This document shows positions 38,168 to 53,688 of a stretch of DNA of 64,000 nt, in pieces (position 1 is the first letter of the stretch; each line of letters begins with the position of its first letter). Made by a program: the position numbers and the translations under genes. The stretch lies in assembly GCF_009914755.1 (NCBI RefSeq), contig NC_060937.1. One strand, given 5' to 3'. Origin of the DNA: the human T2T-CHM13v2.0 reference genome, Homo sapiens. The notes under the pieces were generated by a model. It saw only the letters and a list, made by a program, of their open reading frames with translations. It ran no database searches and was not told where the DNA came from.

Positions 38168-38639
38168 TGTAGCAGGACGAGCCGCAGACCAAACCTCTCA
38201 GACACCTAGTTGTAGAAGGAAGGGCTTTATTCAGCTGGGAGCATCGGCAAGTTACTGCCTTAAAATCCGAGCTTCCTGAATGCACAATTTCTGTCCCTTT
38301 TAAGGGCTCACAACACTAAAGATTTCACATGAAAGGGTCATGATTGATTTGAGCAAGCAGGTGGTACATGACAGAGGCTGCATGCACCAGTGGTCAGAGA
38401 GAACAAGAACAGGGCAGGGAGTTTCACAGTGTTCTTCTATATAATGTCTGGAATCTATGAATAACACTGGTTTCTAAGTTATGAGTTGATTTTTAACTAC
38501 TGGGTTTAGGCCAGGCATGCTCAGACCTGGTTTCTGGCCTGGCGCCAGGCTGCCTGTCTTTGGTTTTACTTCCTTGCTGTTTTTTCTTAAAACAGGTACT
38601 GAGTATAAAACAATATGAGAGGGTCTCTGTCTTCCTTCA
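38168..38639 (-). mobile_element. LTR2-family (HERV-E/Harlequin, ERV1) solo LTR
   Basis: Minus strand starts TGAAGGAAGACAGAGACCCTCTCATATTG and ends TCTGCGGCTCGTCCTGCTACA; 4-bp TSD ATAC at 38164-67 and 38640-43; AATAAA at 38231-26. Confidence 0.88.
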
Positions 38640-38644
38640 ATACC

Positions 38645-39464
38645 TTTAACTTCCTTTCAATCTATCTTTTTTCTTCTCTCCTAACTCATTTGTTGGAAGA
38701 GCCTACACTTGTGAGCTGTAGTTTCCCGTTGCTTGGCTTTTGCTAAGTGAGTTCTCATGCTTCAGGGCAACATGTTGCTTTTTCCTGCATATTGGCAGCT
38801 GGATCCAGAGTCTTGATCAGAATCAATTTGATCCCTTTGGCAAGGTTAGAGTGGTGGTGTGTTCATTCATCATGAAGCACATTATGTCTTTCTCTTTCTT
38901 GATGTTAGCAGCCTTTGATGCTCAATGCTCAGGACCCTTTAATTCACAGGAGTTTACAAATGGTAATATTTTAATTCTATCATTTTGTTTTCACTTATTG
39001 GCTGTAATAATTTTGTAAAACGACACTTCTGCTCATCTGCTACTTGATTACCCAGGGATAGCGGCTATATAGAAAAGGCAGGATACATAGATTGATATTC
39101 TCTTGTTGATAGTCATTACAGACTCTTAAGTTTAAACATATTTGATAGTTTTTAACCCATTGAAATCTGTATCTTTATTAAGGTTCAAATTATCCTACCC
39201 TTGGTGAATACAAGCCTCTTTGAATTGACTCTTGTGTCCTTTTGACACAAACCTAGTAGCTTTTTATAGCTTCTATGCTATCTGGTATGTCAAAATGTCC
39301 CAGTTTCATTTTGTACACTTCCTGTCCACAATCAATGTTCCAAGAACCCCTCTTTTTAAAAAATAGAAATGATCTTTGAGACCATAGTCTGGATGCTGTG
39401 AATGTGTGTTCATAGTGAGCTGGTCATTGTTTCTTGACCTCTTTATGGATAGAGCTAGAAATTG
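38645..39464 (-). mobile_element. L1MC4/5-like 3' UTR
   Basis: gaaaaggcaggata, ccaagaacccc...gtctggatgct...tggatagagctagaaat. Confidence 0.65.

Positions 39465-39493
<29 letters not shown>
39465..39493. repeat. (CA)n microsatellite
   Basis: Visible directly. Confidence 0.95.
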
Positions 39494-39495
<2 letters not shown>

Positions 39496-42047
39496 CTTTT
39501 TCTTTTCCTAAACATGTCTTTCCAGCATGCCCCTTCTTTTCTCTTTGTTATAGCATGGGATTCATCACAATATGTTTTTATTGCTTCTTTTTATTTTCCC
39601 AAATTTTAGAAGAAAGATTGGTTAGCTAGCTCTACTAACTTTTTTTCAAGCTCACAAAATTTTCTCTTCTCTTGTTTTTATGAGATTTTAAAAATAGCAC
39701 CTTGTTTTGGGAGTTTTTCTTACTTGTTTTCCCACCTCACTATAATCTTGACCTATTTTTTCCTGTGGGATTTTTTTCTATATCCTAATTTCTGACTTGA
39801 AATTGCACTGTCAAGAAAATAATTTACACGTAGTATGATTTTATAAGCAAAGATGCTCATTGCTGTGTTTTTAACTAGAAAAAGTTAAAATGTTTTTGTT
39901 ATTATTTCTAAAAAGGGGGAAATTGTTAATTTGTGTTCAAAACCAGAGGAATAATTAGACAAATCATTGCTGTTATTAAAGACTTACCTGGAAAAAATTT
40001 GGAAGTATTTCTCCCTGTGTCAAATCTTAAAGACATGGCTCATTGAATCAAACAAGGAAACCACCCACATTGATTTATAAACATAAATTAGTATTACTGA
40101 ATGGTAGTTTGGGAGAAAAATATTTTCTAATAAAGGATTAATGCTGCAAGTTACCTAGTACCTAGTTCTTCCTTACCTTCTGCTATTGGTATGGAAATAT
40201 TAGATCTCCTTGAAATAGACTGGTTGCTATTCATCTTAACCTTTAATATATCAGACCCAAATTTCTTTATACTGACAGTTCAACAAGTGAAATTAAATAA
40301 TTAAATTGACTTAATCTGATTAACATTTTTTTCTTTCTACATATCTTCAATAGCTTTACTTTAATGAACTCTCTATAGAAGCCCTCCAACATTTCTGGTG
40401 TCAGACATTACGGACAACTGAATATATCATGAGTAGGTCTCATAGGGAGAATGTGGAACCTGTTCTTCCCTTCTTTCAGGCTTTAGGGAAAGAGTGAAAA
40501 ATAAGAATAAATTCTGACATACTAAACAAGACAGCATATAAAATAGAATATTCACAAATCATTTGGTTACCTTATTTTTTAAACCTCATATAGCCAAGAC
40601 AAATTTTAAACTAAGAAGTACTAGTGGGGATTTGCAGGGATCGTGGCGGATGGGAGGCAGGACTAGATTGCAGCTCCGGACAGAGCAGCATGTGGAGGCT
40701 TGCAATGTGAATTTTAGCTCCAGATCAACTGCAGGAACAAACTAGCAATCCTGAGAGGAGCCACAGACCCTCTGAAGGAAGCTGACTGCTCCTGCAGGAC
40801 CTCGAAGACACCCTAGATACTATGAGTAACCCCAACTACAGAAGTGGGAAAGGGAGGCCCTCCTCTCCTGAAAACACACCCCCACTGGAGAAGCTGAAGG
40901 TCTGTTTGTGGGAGAAGTTTCTGACTTTACCTGGAGTTGAGTCAAGTTAGAGAGCCGACCCCAGCGAAATACGGGAGTAGAGGAAGCAGCAGAAAGGCCC
41001 TGGGAGCTCGCTGGGTCCCCAAGCAGCCCATTCCTGCCTGGCACCACAGGGATCCATAGGGAGGGTGGCCAGAGGAACAGGGGGTAAAACTCCACAGGGG
41101 GTTTTTAGCTGGCCTTTGTAACAATTTGAACTGGGCAAGAAGCCTCCTGGCCAGAACTTGGGGGAGAGTGCGAATCTGGCATGCAGACTTCACAGGAAGG
41201 GGAAGAACTAAAGCCCTTTTCTTTCGCAGCTGGAAGGAGGAAAGCCTCAGGAAAGTTTTCAAGCTCTTCTTTGCCCTCCACCTGGAAGCAGACTGTTGGG
41301 GGAGGCATGGTGGGAGTGAGACCAGCTCTTATGTCTTTGCATGGGAGCTGGGTGAGGCCTGTGACTGCCAGCTTTCCCCTATTTCCCTGACAATGTGCAT
41401 GACTCAGCAGAGGCAGCCATAATCCTTCTGGGTACACAACTCCAGTGGCCTGGGAATCTCACCCCCATCTCCCACAGCAGCTGCAGCAAGACCCACCCAA
41501 GGATAGTCTGAGCTCAGACACGCCTAGCCCTACCCCCACCTGATGGTCCTTCACTATCCACCCTGGTAGCAGAAGACAAAGGGCATTTAATCTTGGGAGT
41601 TCTAGGGCCCTGCCCACCATCTGTGCCTCTCCACACTACTATAGCTGATGCTCTCTAGAAAGCACCACCTCCTGGCAGGAGGCCAATCGGCACAAAAATA
41701 GAGCATTCAACCACCAAAGCTAAGGACCCTCACAGAGTCCATTGTATCCTCTGCCACCTACACCAGAAGAGGCACTGGTATCCACGGCTGAGAGACCCAT
41801 AGACGGTTCAAATCACAGGACTCTGTGCAGACAACCCCCAGTACCAGCCCAGAGCCGGGTAGACTCGCTGGGTGGTTAGACCCAGAAAAGAGACAACAAT
41901 TATTGCAATTCGGCTGACAGGAAGCCATATCCATAGGAAAAGGAGGAGAGTACTACATCAAGGGAACATTCTGTGGGGGAAAAAACAAAACAAAACCTGA
42001 ACAACAGCCTTCAGCCCTAGAACTTCCCTCTGACAGAGTCTACCCAA

Positions 42048-43030
42048 ATGAGAAGGAACCAGAAAACCAACCCTTGTTATATGACAAAACAAAGCTCTTG
42101 AACACCCCCAAAAATCACACTAGTTCACCAGCAATGGATCCAAACCAAGATGAATTTCCTGATTTACCTGAAAAACAATTCAGGAGGTTAGTTATTAAGC
42201 TAATCAGGGAGGCACCAGAGAAAGGCAAAGCCCAATGCAAGGAAATCCAAAAAATGATACAAGAAGTGAAGGGAGAAATATTTGAGGAAATAGCTAATTT
42301 AAAGAAAAAAACAATCAAAACTTCAGGAAACATTGGACACACTTACAGAAATGCAAAATGCTCTAGAAACTGTCAGCAATAGAATTGAACAAGTAGAAGA
42401 AAGAAATTCAGAGCTCGAAGACAAGGACTTTGAATTAACCTAATCCAACAAAGACAGAGAAAAAAGAATAAGAAAATATGAACAAAGCCTCCAAGAAGTC
42501 TGGGATTATGTTAAATGACCAAACCTAAGAACAATCGGTGCTCCTGAGGAAGAAGGCAATTCTAAAAGCTTGGAAAACATATTTGGTGAATAAACGAGGA
42601 AAATTTCCCCAGCCTTGTTAGAGACCTAGACATGCAAATAAAAGAAGCACAAAGAACACCTGGGAAATACATCGCAAAAAGATCTTCGCCTAGGCACATT
42701 GTTATCAGGTTATCCAAAGTTAAAACGAAGGAAGGAATCTTAAGAGTTGTGAAACAGAAACACCAGGTAACCTATAAAGGAAAACTAATCAGATTAATAG
42801 CAGATCTCTCAGCAGAAACCCTACAAGCTGGAAGGGATTGGGCCCTATCTTCAGCCTCCTCAAACAAAACAATTATCAGCCAAGAATTCTGTATTCAGCA
42901 AAATTCAGTATCATGTATAAAGGAAAGACATAGTCGTTTTCAAACAAATACTGAGAGAAATAATTCACCACTATCAAGCCACCACTACAAGAACTGCTAA
43001 AAGGAGCTCTAAATCTTGAAACAAATCCTG
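42048..43030 (+). pseudogene. L1 ORF1 remnant (frameshifts and stops)
   Basis: Fragments DLPEKQFRRLVIKLIREAPEK and QIKEAQRTPGKYIAKRSSPRHIVIRLSKV. Confidence 0.9.
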
Positions 43031-43175
43031 GAAACACATCAAAACAGAAACTCTATAAAGCATAAATCACACAGAACCTATAAAACAAAACTAAAAGTTA
43101 AAAAGCAAAAACAAAAAACAAAAAAATCCAAAATTCCCAAACAACAAAGAGCATGATGAATGCAACCCTACCTCA

Positions 43176-43594
<419 letters not shown>

Positions 43595-46500
43595 CTATCT
43601 GCAGCCTTCAGGAGACTCACTTAACACATAAGGACTCACACGAACTTAAAGTAAAGGGGTGGAAAAAGGCATTTCATGCAAATGGACACCCAAAGTGTGC
43701 ATGAGTAGCTATTCTTATATCAGACAAAACAAACTTTAAAGCAACAGCCATTAAAAGAGACAAAGAGGGACATTATATAATGGTAAAGGCCTTATCCAAC
43801 AGGAAAATTTCACAATCCTAAACATATATACATCTAACACCGGAGCTCCCAAATTTATGAAACAATTACTAATGGACCTAAGAAATGAGACAGACAGCAA
43901 CACAATAATAGTGGAGGACTTCAATTCTCCACTGACAGCAATAGACAGCTCATGAAGCCAGAAAGTCAACAAAGAAACAATGGATCTAACTATACCTTTG
44001 AACAAATGGACTTAACAGATATATATGGAGCATTTCATCCAACAACTGCAGAATACACATTCTATTCAACAAGGCATGGAACTCTCTCCAAGATAGACCA
44101 TGTGATAGGCCACAAAACAAGTCTCAATAAATTTAAGAAAATTGAAATTATATCAAGCACTCTCTCAGACCAGAGTGGAAAAAAAACTAGAAATCAACTG
44201 CAAAAGGGACCTTTAAAACCATGCAAATACATGGAAATTAAATTACCTGGTCCTGAATGAGCATTGGGTCAAAAACGAAATCAAGATAGAAATAAAAAAT
44301 TATTTGAACTGAAAGACAATAATGACACAGCCTATCAAAACCTCTGGGATACAGATAAGAGGAAAGTTCATAGCCCTAAAGGCCTACGTCAAAAAGTCTG
44401 AAAGAGCTCAAACAGACAATCTAAGGTTACACCTCAAGGAACTAGAGAAACAAGAACAAACCAAACCCAAACCCAACAGAAGAAAAAAATAACGAAGATC
44501 AGAGCAGAACTAAATGAAATTGAAACAAAAAAATACAAAAGATAAATTTAAAACCTGGTTCTTTGAAAAGATAAATAAAATTGATAGACCATTAGCAAGA
44601 TTGACCAAGGCAAGAAGAGAGAAAATCCAAATAACCTCACTAAGAAACAAAACAGGAGTTACTACAACTGACACCACTGAAATACAAAAGATCATTCAAG
44701 GATACTATGAACACCTGTATGCGCATAAACTAGAAAACGTGGAAGAGATGGATAAATTCCTGGAAAAATACAACCCTCCTAGCTTAAATCAGGAAGAATG
44801 AGATACCCTGAACAGACCAATAACAAGCAGTTAGAGTGAAATGCTAATTTAAAAATTACCAATAACAAAAAAAGTCCAGGACCAGACAGATTCACAGCAG
44901 AATTCTATCAGAGATTCAAAGCAGAATTGGTACCAATTCTTTTGACACTATTCCACAAGATAGAGAAAGAGGGAACCCTCCCTAATTCATTCTATGAAGT
45001 CAGCATCACTCTACTACCAAAACCAGGAAAGGACACAACCAAAAAAGAAAACTAGAGACCAATATCCTTGATGAACATATATGCTAAAATCCTTAACAAA
45101 ATACTAGCTAAGTGAATCCAACAACATATCAAAAAGATAATCCACCATAATCAAGTTGGTTTCATACCAGGGATGAAGGGATGGTTTAACATATACAAGT
45201 CAATAAATATGATACACCGTATAAACAGAATTAAAAAGAAAAATCACATGATTATCTCAATAAGATGCAGAAAAAGCATTCAACAAAATCCAGCATCCCC
45301 TTATGATTAAAACTCCCAGCAAAATTAGCATACAAGGGACATACCTTAATGTAATAAAAGCCATCTATGACAAACCACAGCCAACATAATACTGAATGGG
45401 GAAAAGTTGAAAGCATTGTCTCTAAGAATGGGAACAAGACAAGGATGCCCACTCTTACCACTCCTCTTCAACATAGTATTGAAGTCCTAGCCAGAGCAAT
45501 CAGACAAGAGAAAGAAATTAAGGGCATCCAAATCAGCAAAGAGGAAGTCAAACTGTCACTGTTTGCTAACAATATGATCATTTACCTTGAAAACCCAAAA
45601 GTCTCCTCCAGACAGCTCCTAGAACTGATAAAAGAATTCAGCAATGTTTCCAGATACAAAATTAATGTACACAAATCAGTAGCTCTTTTGTACACCAACA
45701 GAGACCAAGAGGAGAATCAAATCAAGAACTCAAACCCTTTTACAATAGCTGCAAAAAAATAAAATACTTAGGAATATACCTAAACAAGGAGGCTAAAGCC
45801 CTCCACAAGGAAAACTACAAAACACTGCTAAAAGAAATAACAGATGACATGAACAAATGGAAACACATCCCATGCTCATGGATGGTTAGAATTAATATTG
45901 TGAAAATGATTATACTGCCAAAAGCAATCTACAAATTCAATACAATCCCCATCAAAATACAACCATCATTCTTCACAAAATTAGAGAAAACAATTCTAAA
46001 ATTCATATGGAACCAAAAAAGTCTTGCTTTGGCCCACATAGCCAAAGCAAGACTAAGCAAAAAGAACAAATCTGGAGGCATCACACTACCTGATTTCAAA
46101 CTATACTATAAGGTCATAGTCACCAAAACAGCATGGTACTGGTATAAAAATAGGCATATAGACCAATGGAGCAGAATAGAGAACCCAGAAATAAACCCAA
46201 GTACTTACAGCCAACTGATCTTTGACAAAGCAAACAAAATCTTAAAGTGGGGAAAGGACACCCTTTTTAACAAATGGTGCTAGGATAATTGGCTAACCAC
46301 ATGTAGGAGAATGAAAGTGGATCCTCATCTCTCACCTTATACAAAAATCAACTCAAGATGGATTAAGGACTTAAATACAAGACCTGAAACCATAAAAATT
46401 CTAGAAAATAACTTTGTAAAAACCCTTCTAGACATTGGCTTAGGCAAGGATTTCATGACCAGGAACCCAAAAGCAAATGCAATAAAAGCAAACAAATAAC

Positions 46501-47139
46501 TTGGACCTAATTAAACTAAAGAGCTTTTGCACAGCAAAAGGAACAGTCAGCAGAGTAAACAGACAAACCACAGAGTGGGAGAAAATCTTCACAATCTATA
46601 CATCTGACAAAGGACTAATATCCAGAATCTACAATGAACTCAAACAAATCAGTAAGAAAAAAACAAACAATCCTACCAAAAAGTGGGATAAGGACATGAA
46701 TAGACAATTCTCAAAAGAAGATATACAAATTGCCAACAAACATTTGAATAAATGCTCAACATCACTAATGATCAGGGAAATGCAAATCAAAACCACATTG
46801 CAATACCACATCACTCCTGAAAGAATGGCCATAATCAAAAAATCGATAAACTAGATGTTGGCGTGGTTGCAGTAAACAGGGAACACTTCTGCACTGCTGG
46901 TGGGAATGTAAACTAGTATAGCGACTATGGAAAGCAGTGTGGAGATTTCTTAAAGAACTAAAAGTATAGCTGCCATTGGATCCAGCAATCCCACTACTGG
47001 GTGTCTACCCAGAGGAAAAGAAGTCATCATCCGAAAAAGATACTTGCACACACATGTTTATAGCAGCACAATTTACAATTGCAAAATCGTGGAACCAACC
47101 CAAATGCCCATCAATCAATGAGTGGATAAAGAAACTGTG

Positions 47140-47240
47140 GTATATATCATATAGATATATACATATATCTAGATATATGTATATATATCTATATTATACG
47201 ATATATGTATATATAGATATATATGTCATATATATATAAT
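47140..47240. repeat. (TA)n-rich expansion in the L1
   Basis: Visible directly. Confidence 0.9.
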
Positions 47241-48259
47241 ACTGTGCAGCCATAAAAAGAAATGAATTAACAGCATTTGCAGTGACCTGGATGAGACTGG
47301 AGATTATTACCCTAAGTGAAGTAACTCAGGAATGGAAAACCAAACATTTTGTGTTTTCACGGATATGTGAGAGCTAAGCTATGAGGACGCAAAGGCATAA
47401 GAATGATACAATGGACTTTGGGGACTTAGGGGAAAGAGTGGGAGGGGAACAAGAGACAAAAGATGACAAATATGATGCAGTGTATACTGCTCCAGTGATG
47501 GGTACCCAAAATCTCACAAATAACCACTAAAGAACCGACTCATGTAACCAAATGCCACCTGTACCCCAATAAATTAGGGAGAAAGAAATTTTTTTTAAAA
47601 AAAAAGAAGAACTAGTGGAAGTGTTTATTAAGCTGGATAAGAAAACAATAACGCAAATAGATTTGGGGATATAATTTTCATGCCATGACTTCAGAAATAG
47701 AAGTTGCAAAGTAAAAACCCCTATTCATTTCTGGGAAGCCTATTACCACTATTATCCTGGTATATGGATTGGCAAACATCTTTGTTCTCAGACCTAAAGC
47801 GTTTAGAATATAAGGGACAATGATTACTAAATCAAGCATCCAAAGAATCCAAGTGTATCTTATTTAGTGAATGAGAGTTTTAAAACACATCCATTTTAAG
47901 GAGGAAATGGGGATTGAATCAAAATAGAGAGAAACAAGTTCTTATTGCATGAGGACAGAGCTCCATAATTATTCCTTGAACTTTTTTTCTTAACTGAAAT
48001 TGATGAGCTCACCAAATATTATCACTGCCAAGAATATTTTCTTATGTAATTGGAAAGAAGATCTGAGGCTGAGAAATGAAAAAAGTTATTTTCTAGAATC
48101 TATTTCTAGAAACATTTTTGATAACCCAAACGAAAAGTAGCAGATTGGACTTTTTGCTTCAGACTCCTTATTTCTTCTTTAAGAGAATTACATTTACTCC
48201 AAGGACTCCAACAGAGCAAACAAGATTCCACACCTCTGTGTAGTTTAGGTTACACGGAA

Positions 48260-48305
48260 TTTTTTTTTTTTAAAGATGGAGTCTCACTCTGTCGCCAAGC
48301 TAGAG
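48260..48305 (-). mobile_element. Very short Alu 3' fragment
   Basis: Poly-T plus agatggagtctcactctgtcgccaagctagag. Confidence 0.8.
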
Positions 48306-48346
48306 CACAGGACTGATATCCGCACTAGATTTCACACTGTTATTAA

Positions 48347-48705
<359 letters not shown>

Positions 48706-48777
48706 TATTGTTTTTGGTGCTGTGCTAAGACCTATAGTAGGCGAGCTTGGTACATCTCAACTGAAATATTGTATTGC

Positions 48778-49144
48778 TGATATAGTTTGGCTGTGTCCCG
48801 CCCAAATCTCATCTTGAATCATAGTTCCCATAAACCCCACATGTTTTGGGAGGGACCCAGTGGATTCAATCATAGGGGTGGTTTCACCCATGCTGTTCTC
48901 GTGATAGTGAGTGAGTTCTCATGAGATCTGATGGTTTTATAAGCATCTGGCATTTCCCTGCTTGTACTTCTTCTTGCCACCTTGTGAAGAAGGTGCTTTG
49001 CTTCCCCTTCGCCTTCTGCCATGATTATAAGTTTCCTGAGGCCTCCCCAGCTGTGGTGAACTGTGCATCGATTACATATCTTTCCTTTATAAATTACCCA
49101 GTCTCGGGTATTTCTTCATAGCAGCATGAGAACGGACTAGTACA
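48778..49144 (+). mobile_element. THE1 (D-like) MaLR solo LTR
   Basis: tgatatagtttggctgtgtcc...ataaattacccagtctcgggtatt...actagtaca; flanks ATTGC and ATGGC. Confidence 0.9.
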
Positions 49145-49819
49145 ATGGCTGACCCCTTTTATGATGGAAAGGGCTATAGATTTTTATAAATTGTGAACTT
49201 AAGCCTTCAGAAAGGAAAAAATCTAGAGAAAAAATCACATTACCAACCTAAATAAGAAGAGTTGTTAGTTGATGCAGATATTAGAGATGTTCCATGGAAT
49301 GATTCATAATATTAAAACATTTTTTACCATTTCAATGGACTCCCTAAATTGGAGAAGGAGAAACATTCTTTAATGAAAAGATCATTAAATTTAGGAAATT
49401 GGGCCAAGGATGGCAAATTAGGTTCATCTGCTATGACAGACCAAATAAATTGGAAGTGGATGACGTGACAGCTCTTTGGGGAAAGCTTATGGGGCTATGT
49501 TCCAATTAGCTGGGAAAAAGTATTGGCATGTGCCTGCCATGACGGGAGGAAAGAGTGGGAGCTGGTGAGACCCAGGTCTGCCCTCCCTGTGTGCCTTTGG
49601 CCATGAAGATTAGCCAACAAGAATTGAAACTGTTCTTTCCAGGAAAATGGCTGGAGTTTTGTAAGACTCCTCATCCATGAGAGTTCTTCTGGGATGCAGA
49701 AACGCATAATATCAGGAAGTGTGCAGAAGTTTTCAAGTTCATGTATTCCTCCTCTCCTTCTTGTCCCTGTGCCAGTGCATAACCTTAGAGGAGAAAATAT
49801 TGTTGATATGTGGTTGACA

Positions 49820-50184
49820 CAGATGCCCATTGATTTACCATGGGCTTATGCCCCAATATACTCATCAAGTTGAAAATACTATACGTCAAAAGTGCATTTA
49901 GTACATTTCACCTACTAAACATCACAGCTTAGCCCAGCCTTCCTTAAACATGCCCAGAACACTTATGTTAGCCTACACTTGGAAAAAATAATCTCACACA
50001 AATTCTATTTTATAGTAAAGTATTGAATATCTCATGTAATTTACTGAATACTGTACTGAAAGTGAAAAACAGAATGGTTGTGTGTTTGCTTGAAGTACCA
50101 TTTCTGCTAAATGCATATCAGTTTCATACCATCATAAAGTGGGAAAGTCATTAAGTCAAACCAAGGTAAGTCAGGGGCTATCTG
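49820..50184 (+). mobile_element. MER47A-like TcMar-Tigger MITE
   Basis: cagatg...agcttagcccagcc...tactgtactgaaagtgaaaaacagaatggttgt...tatctg then TA. Confidence 0.85.
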
Positions 50185-50199
50185 TATTTAAAAGAATGA

Positions 50200-51215
50200 A
50201 TGGGGGCTCTGAAGAAGGGAAATTACAGGACTGTCTCTGGGATGCGCCTCCAGATAGAGGGTGGATAGAGCAGGAGATTCCAAAAAGGGAGCCTGAGGAA
50301 AAGCTGCCAATTATGTAGAAGGAAATCAAGGAGAGGAATATAAAAAACCAACTCAGAAGAAGTGATGTAGAGAAATAAAGTTACAGTGGAAGGAAGGGCA
50401 AAGTCAGAAGACCGACTCTAGTTCCTTCAGATACGAGGTACAAAAGATTGTTAATATTTGTGCAGAAATGGTTCCAGTTGAAAGAGAGAGAAGTAAGCTG
50501 AAAGTGGAGATCTAATCAGAGCTTGTGAGAAGGCCAAAAAGATAATGGGATTCAGAGCCAAATGAAAGAGTAGAGGCATTGCAGTTTTTTAAATTTAATT
50601 TTAATTTTGAGTTCTGGGATACAGTGCAGGATGTGCATGTTTGTTACATAGGTAAACGTGGGCGTGGGCATTGCACTTTTATAAAAATGATCTTTCTCCC
50701 TCTAGAGAGAAGGACACAGATTTAAATGCAGGTAGATTTCTGGACTTGGAAGTGTAAAGATGAAGAGACTCCTCACTGACGATTGCTACATTTAAATGAA
50801 ATAAGAGGCAAAGTTAAGAGTAGGGATGAAAGTATAGGAAGGAGAAATGAGAAGTTTGAGGAGAAAGGAAAAGGCAGAAAATAGTTCACTTAAAGAGTGA
50901 GAAAAGCAACTTACAAGACAAATGCAGGTGAGTTGTCAGTCAGGGTTGAGTGGCCCCTTGGAGTTTTATACAATTTCTTTAAAGGGAAGCCACGAGTCTG
51001 CCTGGCTGCATCACTCTCCTCCTGCAATGTTCAGCTGTCTGTATGTAAGCACTGAAATGTGCTTGGATGGTTGAGTCATCACAGACTGGGGTTTTACCAG
51101 GCCAAAAAACATGACAGAAGGAGAGAAAATAAGGTTTTAAAATTTAATAATAAGTTATTAAATGTCTAATAGAATAGGAGGTCAGTAGACCACAGCGGTG
51201 AGGAAAAGAAGAGAA
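50200..51215 (-). mobile_element. Degraded L2 fragments
   Basis: Purine-rich antisense-L2-like sequence (gaggaaaagctgccaattatgtagaaggaaatcaaggag). Confidence 0.45.
50585..50666 (-). mobile_element. ~80-bp extremely truncated L1PA 3' end
   Basis: gttctgggatacagtgcaggatgtgcatgtttgttacataggtaaacgtg; TSD GGCATTGCA(G/C)TTTT at 50575-88 and 50667-80. Confidence 0.9.
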
Positions 51216-51219
51216 TGAT

Positions 51220-52035
51220 TGCTGTGAGCCATGTCTGTATGCTCATCAGATCAGCTCTGCACTTGCTCTGTGCACCACTGAGTCCCCCATGGAACACCTC
51301 AAAAAGCTCCCTTGCACCCTGGTTTCTGGTGGGGTTCAGCCAATGGGGAGACTTTTGGGAGACTGAAGGGAGGAAGGTCGGATTACTTATTCCCTAGGTT
51401 GCGTCAAATTGTTCCTTGGCTCCAGGTCATTGAATGCTCAAGGCAGCTGAAGTGATTTGGCTCTGTGCCCCCACCCAAATCTCATCTTGAATTATAATTC
51501 CCATAATTCCCATGTATTGTGGGAGGGACCTGGTGGGAGATAATTGAATCATGGGGGCAGTTTCCCTCATACTGTTCTCATAGTAGTAAATAAGTCTCAC
51601 AGGATCTGATGGTTTTATAAGGGGTTTCCTCTTTTGCTTGGCTCTCATTTCTCTCTTGTCTGCCACTATGTAAGAGGCACCTTTTACCTTCTGCTATGAT
51701 TATGAGGCCTCCCCAGTCACGTGGAACTGTGATTCCATTAAATCTCTTTCTCTTTATAAATTATCCAGTCTGGGGTATGTCTTTATCAGCAGCATGAAAA
51801 CGGACTAATACAGCAGCCAATTCTACATGGGTCTCTTACTCTAGGTTTTGATAACAACTCCCGAATGCCTCCCTTGAGGTGACCACTCTTACTAGTTCCA
51901 GGTTCCTGCACTATTCCTCGTAGTTTCTCTATAGCCTACTTGTATCTGTGTAAATGCTCCTTTTTTAAACCCCTCTTTGAATTTTCCTACTTTGAGTGTG
52001 CCATCTGTTTCCTAGCTGGGACTCTGACTGATACC
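51220..52035 (+). mobile_element. LTR33-family LTR split by THE1
   Basis: ggggttcagccaatgggga and 3' end tttgagtgtgccatctgtttcctagctgggactctgactgatac. Confidence 0.75.
51448..51812 (+). mobile_element. THE1 (C-like) solo LTR
   Basis: cccaaatctcatcttgaatt...gaaaacggactaataca; 5-bp TSD GCAGC at 51443-47 and 51813-17. Confidence 0.92.
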
Positions 52036-52299
52036 ATGATAGAATCAATCAGATGGTATAAGCATGAAAATTTTTAAAAGAAAAAGAGAAAGTGAGAGAG
52101 AGCCTAATCGTTCAGAAGTGGCGATGAGAATTAAGAAGGGGAAAAAATGCCTCCAATTGAAAGGCTTCAGGGGAAGTTGTATGCTGAGATACCAGCCAGA
52201 TTTCTGTTAGAGGCCCTGCTTGGAAGGAGTAGTGAAAACAAGATTTGAGGATGGAGGGGAAAATGGGAGGAAATGAAGGAAGGCTTTTAGACTGCAGAA

Positions 52300-53296
<997 letters not shown>

Positions 53297-53688
53297 TGTT
53301 ATGCACTGAATGTTTTTCAAAATGTATGTGTTCAAAATAATGTTTTTTAAATTTATATGTTGAAGTCCTAATCCCCAATGTGATAGTATATGAAGGTAAG
53401 TCCTTTGGGAGGTAATTGGGCTTAGATAGGATCATGAGGGTGAAGCCTCATGATGGTGTTAGTGTCCATGTAAGAGGAAGAGGCTGGAGCTTGCTCTCGC
53501 TCCACCATGTGAGGATACAGCAAGAAAGCAACCATCAGCAAGCCAGGAAGGGAGACCTCGCCAGGGACCAAATCTGCCAGCAACTTCATCTCAGACTTCT
53601 CAAACTCCAGAACTTGTGAGAAATAAATGTCTGCTGTTTCAGAGACCCAGTCAATCGTTTGTTATAGCAACTTGAGCTGGCTGAGACA
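53297..53688 (+). mobile_element. MLT1A-family LTR (3' LTR of the preceding internal segment)
   Basis: tgttatgcactgaatg...gttgaagtcctaatccccaatgtgatag...gttatagcaac...tgagaca. Confidence 0.85.

Noticed and set aside
40820-41437. Dense ORFs on both strands
   Set aside because: All lie inside the L1PB 5' UTR; stop-poor GC-rich sequence
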